The position numbers and the translations under genes are program-made. From Macrostomum lignano (taxonomy: Eukaryota): 64,000 nt of DNA. The stretch is from NCBI GenBank assembly GCA_002269645.1, contig NIVC01002468.1, positions 1-64,000 of the forward strand, in the 5' to 3' direction. Shown here one piece after another: positions 60,069 through 64,000 of this stretch (position 1 is its first letter; each line of letters opens with the position of its first letter). The notes beneath the pieces were generated by a model. It was not told the origin of the DNA and ran no database searches. It worked only from the letters and a program-made list of their open reading frames with translations.

Positions 60069-61349
60069 ATGCTCACTAGAACAGCGATCCTTTTATGTCT
60101 TCTAATAGCTGTTACGCCAACGACTGTCGACTTTGACGCCAAGCTGCTAAAATATCTAAAAAACAATACCGATCACAATCCGTTGCATTTTCCACGAATC
60201 GACAAAACCAAGATGTTGAACATATCGCTGAACTTCTTGCTGAGCCACATTGTCTCCGTGGACACAGCTAAGCAGAGCATGAAGGTGTCAGCATACGTTG
60301 AAGCCAGTTGGGAGGAAGAGCGACTCGTGTGGAACCCAGAAGACTTCGGCAATACCGTGTACACCCGATGGGAAGCTGACCAGATTTGGCAACCGACGAT
60401 CATAGTCTACAATGGCAACGGCAATGATCAGACATTGGTGCCGAAGGTGTTTGTTGGATTAAAGTCGAAAACTCCCAATTTGTCTGAGGTGATAGCCACT
60501 TGGCGACGTGAGTTCGATTTCTTTTGCGCGTACAACATGGCCGAGTTTCCATTTGATCGACACACTTGCGAAATAAAATTATTCGTCACTGACGCATACT
60601 ATCAAAACTTGACGCATCCAGCGGTTCCGCGTATCAAGTACAAGCTTCTAGGCATTTACCAGCATAGTAAAGAATGGAATCTCGAAACTGCTACAGTCAG
60701 CATATTGACCCAAACATATGACATTTATGAAGAAATGGAATCCACTCTTAAACTACCCATTTACAGAGTCGTATTAAAAATTAAAAGGATATCAACCTAT
60801 TATGTAATTAACATTATAATTCCTCTGTTGCTGCTCGCCCTTCTCCAAGTGCTGGTGTACTTTGTGCCCCTGGAGTCCGGTGAGAAGCTGGGATTCGGCA
60901 TCACAATCATGCTCAGCTACACTGTGTTCCTGCTACTCCTGGACGGAATCCTGCCGAAGTCGCAGAAGATGCCCGCCATTGCCCTGTTCATCACGGCCGC
61001 CATGGTGCTGTCCACCGTGTCGCTGCTGCTGACCTCGCTGACCATGCTGTTCCACTTCAGGCCGGAGGGCAGCCGCATGCCGGAATGCGCTCGGACGGTC
61101 TTTGTTCGATACCTGGGCCGCCTGCTCTGCGTCAGCGGCGCCACTAGGGCATCACAGAAGACCAATCAAATTGCTGTCGAAGGCTATACAGAGAACGAAA
61201 ATGCCCGGAGGCCAAGTGAAAAAGAAGCGTCAGAATCGGACTGGGAAGTAGCAGGTCGAGCAATCGAGAGGCTCATGTCGCTAATGGGCGTTGTTGCTAC
61301 CGCCGCCATTATTGGGGCATTCCTGCTGAGGCCACTGTTAATTAACTAA
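60069..61349 (+). CDS. Intronless nAChR-like Cys-loop subunit, copy 5 (426 aa, intact)
   Basis: Signal peptide, WQPTIIVYN, Cys loop CAYNMAEFPFDRHTC, GEK-M2 and M4; no vicinal CC. Confidence 0.95.
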   Translation: MLTRTAILLCLLIAVTPTTVDFDAKLLKYLKNNTDHNPLHFPRIDKTKMLNISLNFLLSHIVSVDTAKQSMKVSAYVEASWEEERLVWNPEDFGNTVYTRWEADQIWQPTIIVYNGNGNDQTLVPKVFVGLKSKTPNLSEVIATWRREFDFFCAYNMAEFPFDRHTCEIKLFVTDAYYQNLTHPAVPRIKYKLLGIYQHSKEWNLETATVSILTQTYDIYEEMESTLKLPIYRVVLKIKRISTYYVINIIIPLLLLALLQVLVYFVPLESGEKLGFGITIMLSYTVFLLLLDGILPKSQKMPAIALFITAAMVLSTVSLLLTSLTMLFHFRPEGSRMPECARTVFVRYLGRLLCVSGATRASQKTNQIAVEGYTENENARRPSEKEASESDWEVAGRAIERLMSLMGVVATAAIIGAFLLRPLLIN

Positions 61350-62480
61350 CTAAAGAACACAATGCTGTTAACAACTGTGAGAACTAATTTTATGGTTGTT
61401 TTTATTAGTGTTGCAAAATTATTAACTGGTTTTGCAACTCATCTTGATATTCTTGCTTTAAAATTGTCATGACATACATAAATTATTAATGTTGATTTTA
61501 TTAACGGTACTTACCCGCACGAAATCGAACCCGGGACTCAGGACAAGACTCAGATGCGTTGCTGGTTGCAGGAACCGCTACTAAAAAGAAATAATTTTTC
61601 CGGCCTGGGCGCTGTCAACTAAAATAATTATTTATTTATGGCGTCCATTATGCTTATTATAGGACGGAATACACACACGCTGCTATCTGCTTACGTATAA
61701 TATACTCAATATATTATCTACGCTACTAATATGTAGTAGTTTAGCTATTTTTTGTACAATTTGATGTTGGAAAATGTTGGAAGATGTTGGTCTTTTTACA
61801 TACCCGTTGGAATTCCCGTTAAAAGGTTGAGAGTATATTTTCGATATCGCATTTGCATTGTAAAGCGAAATATTATATTAAAAGTGATACCAACTTAACG
61901 CTCTAGAATGGAGCCTGAAGTAAGGCTCCGAATAAAATATATACATAGACGGACAAGTCGGAGATATTCTCTAAGAGAGTTCCAGAAACGAACTTGCATT
62001 GATAGGATTTTTCGTCATTTATTTCAACCAGTCGGTTTGTCACTTTTTCGGAAATCTACTTCGAGCTTACTTACTTCTATGTACTTACAGTGCTTAATTT
62101 GACAGCCCCTTTCGAACATTTTGAAGAGTTTCTCTTTACTACTACCATGCAGTAGTTGATAATGTATATTTTACCAGCTTTCTCGTTTACTAACACACGG
62201 AGGATTCGTGCGCTCAGGGGGTAAGGGATATTTAATCAAACACGGAAGCAACGTCACCAGTTATATTACACACAAGAGTACCTCCACAAATGAAATTAAT
62301 TCAATTACAGCAGTTCCACTCGTTGCCATGGCGATTGATTCAGCACTGGTAGACCAGACGCGTTATTGGCTAAACAGCTATCCTATAGGGTCTTTTCCTC
62401 AACTCTGCTTTCTATGATGATATAGAGTAGAAAGCAGTAACCAACATTGGCCTCTTACACCGTATCGACACATCGACACA

Positions 62481-63770
62481 ATGTCCGTACGCGAAATTCT
62501 ACTAGTCGCCACAGCGATTATAGCTGCCACTTGTGGCGGCTCAGCTCAAGATAGAGATCTGCAACACGAGCTGCTGCAGTACTTGAAGAACAATATCACC
62601 AACTATAGTCCGCTGCTGCGACCCACAATTAACGCCTACAAGCCTACGTACATCACTATGGATACATCCTTGACCCAGCTGGTATCGGTAGACAGTGCCA
62701 AGCAAAGCGTCAAGATTGGGGCTTTCGTAATGGCCGGCTGGACCGAGGAGCGTCTGGTCTGGGATCCGGCCAAGTTCGGGAACCTAACCGTGATTAACTG
62801 GGACAATTCGAATGTCTGGTTTCCTGTCATCCTCATCTATAATGGCATCGGAGACAACCAGATGCTCACTCCGCAGATGCCAGTGTATCTAAGGTCGATC
62901 CAGTCCAACCTTACCAGAGTCATCGCGGGATGGCGTCGAGAGTTCGAATTCTCGTGTGAGTTCGACGTGAGCAAATTCCCCATAGACAGGCACGTCTGCG
63001 AGCTCGAGTTCTTCTTTAGCGACCAGGGCCATGACAACCAAATGCTGATTCCTGTCAAGAACAATTTGACGCCATTTCAAATAGACGGACTTTATCGAAC
63101 TAACAGCGAATGGAAGTTGTTGAATGCGTCGACGTCGTCCGAACGGAAGCCGTACAAACTCGTTCAAGGTGCACCGGATGTGCTTCTACCAACTTATGTG
63201 ATCCGTCTGGAGATCGAGAGAGTCTCCGCCTACTACTTTATGAACATCATCACACCACTGCTACTGCTGACTTTGCTACAAGTGCTGGTATACTTTGTGC
63301 CCCTGGAGTCTGGCGAGAAGCTGGGATTCGGCATCACAATCATGCTCAGCTACACTGTGTTCCTTCTTCTGCTGGACAGCATCGTGCCCAAGTCGCAGAC
63401 AACACCAGCGATCGCTTCGTTCATCACGGCCGCTATGATCTTGTCGACGATATCTCTGCTACTAACGTCGCTAATTATGCGTCTGCACTTCGCTCCGGAG
63501 GGCAATCGGATGCCGGCCTGCATGCGTGCCGTTTTGATTGGCTTCTTGGCTCGAGTGTTCTGCGTTGGCGGTGCTGCCAAAATCAACAAGGTCGAGATCA
63601 AGAAAGGGACTAGCATCGAAAAAAAGAACACTACTGATGAAGAGGACACTCCAGTTGTTCGATCCGATTGGGTGGTTGCTACGCACGCTGTCGAACGACT
63701 CATGGTTGCTATGGGAGTGGCCGCCACTGCAGCTATTATTGGAGTTTTCGTCATCCAACCGTACACCTAA
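62481..63770 (+). CDS. Intronless nAChR-like Cys-loop subunit, copy 6 (429 aa, intact)
   Basis: Signal peptide, WFPVILIYN, Cys loop CEFDVSKFPIDRHVC, GEK-M2 and M4; closest to copy 2. Confidence 0.95.
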   Translation: MSVREILLVATAIIAATCGGSAQDRDLQHELLQYLKNNITNYSPLLRPTINAYKPTYITMDTSLTQLVSVDSAKQSVKIGAFVMAGWTEERLVWDPAKFGNLTVINWDNSNVWFPVILIYNGIGDNQMLTPQMPVYLRSIQSNLTRVIAGWRREFEFSCEFDVSKFPIDRHVCELEFFFSDQGHDNQMLIPVKNNLTPFQIDGLYRTNSEWKLLNASTSSERKPYKLVQGAPDVLLPTYVIRLEIERVSAYYFMNIITPLLLLTLLQVLVYFVPLESGEKLGFGITIMLSYTVFLLLLDSIVPKSQTTPAIASFITAAMILSTISLLLTSLIMRLHFAPEGNRMPACMRAVLIGFLARVFCVGGAAKINKVEIKKGTSIEKKNTTDEEDTPVVRSDWVVATHAVERLMVAMGVAATAAIIGVFVIQPYT

Positions 63771-64000
63771 AGACCGCAAGAGATTATACTGAGTCGGCTT
63801 ATGAAACTTTCTGAAAAAAGATTCTTTAATAATAATAAATTCTCTATGCTTCTATCTTCTAATTAAATGAATTAATTCACATCAAAAGTGCATATGTGCT
63901 TCTAGTCTTCTCATTTAATCGAGCGACTTTCAGCATTGTTCTGTTCTACGAGCTATGCTAATTGTATGCCACTCTGTGCCACTAGAGACAACTAGAATCA

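Overview
Eukaryotic (animal, invertebrate-type) genomic DNA. A free-living flatworm such as Macrostomum is plausible from gene content, but this is an unverified guess. (1) The minus strand from 42265 to beyond the window start carries a >42 kb multi-exon polycystin-1 (PKD1)-like gene. Its very large ectodomain has a signal peptide, many F5/8-type C/discoidin domains, C-type lectin and F-type lectin domains, a fibrinogen-like domain, PKD repeats, REJ and GAIN/GPS, followed by TM1, PLAT and further TM segments. As given, its C-terminal half has two in-frame stops and two 1-nt frameshifts. (2) Its introns hold a 2.14 kb miniature Maverick/Polinton (AGTAGT...ACTACT ends, 87-bp TIRs, perfect 6-bp TSD) that keeps only capsid-gene sequence, a young full-length Gypsy LTR element inserted into a LINE remnant, tRNA-derived SINEs and minisatellites. 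(3) From 43655 to 63770 on the plus strand is a tandem cluster of six intronless nAChR-like Cys-loop channel genes: three intact, one with a 1-nt signal-peptide frameshift, and two with nonsense lesions. They lack the loop-B Trp and loop-C vicinal cysteines of the acetylcholine site, share a near-invariant cation-type M2, and show DNA-level homogenisation of the pore module, which fits a candidate chemosensory receptor array. A Tc1/IS630-type transposon and a Penelope fragment lie between these genes. All calls come from reading the sequence by eye; no database searches were run.
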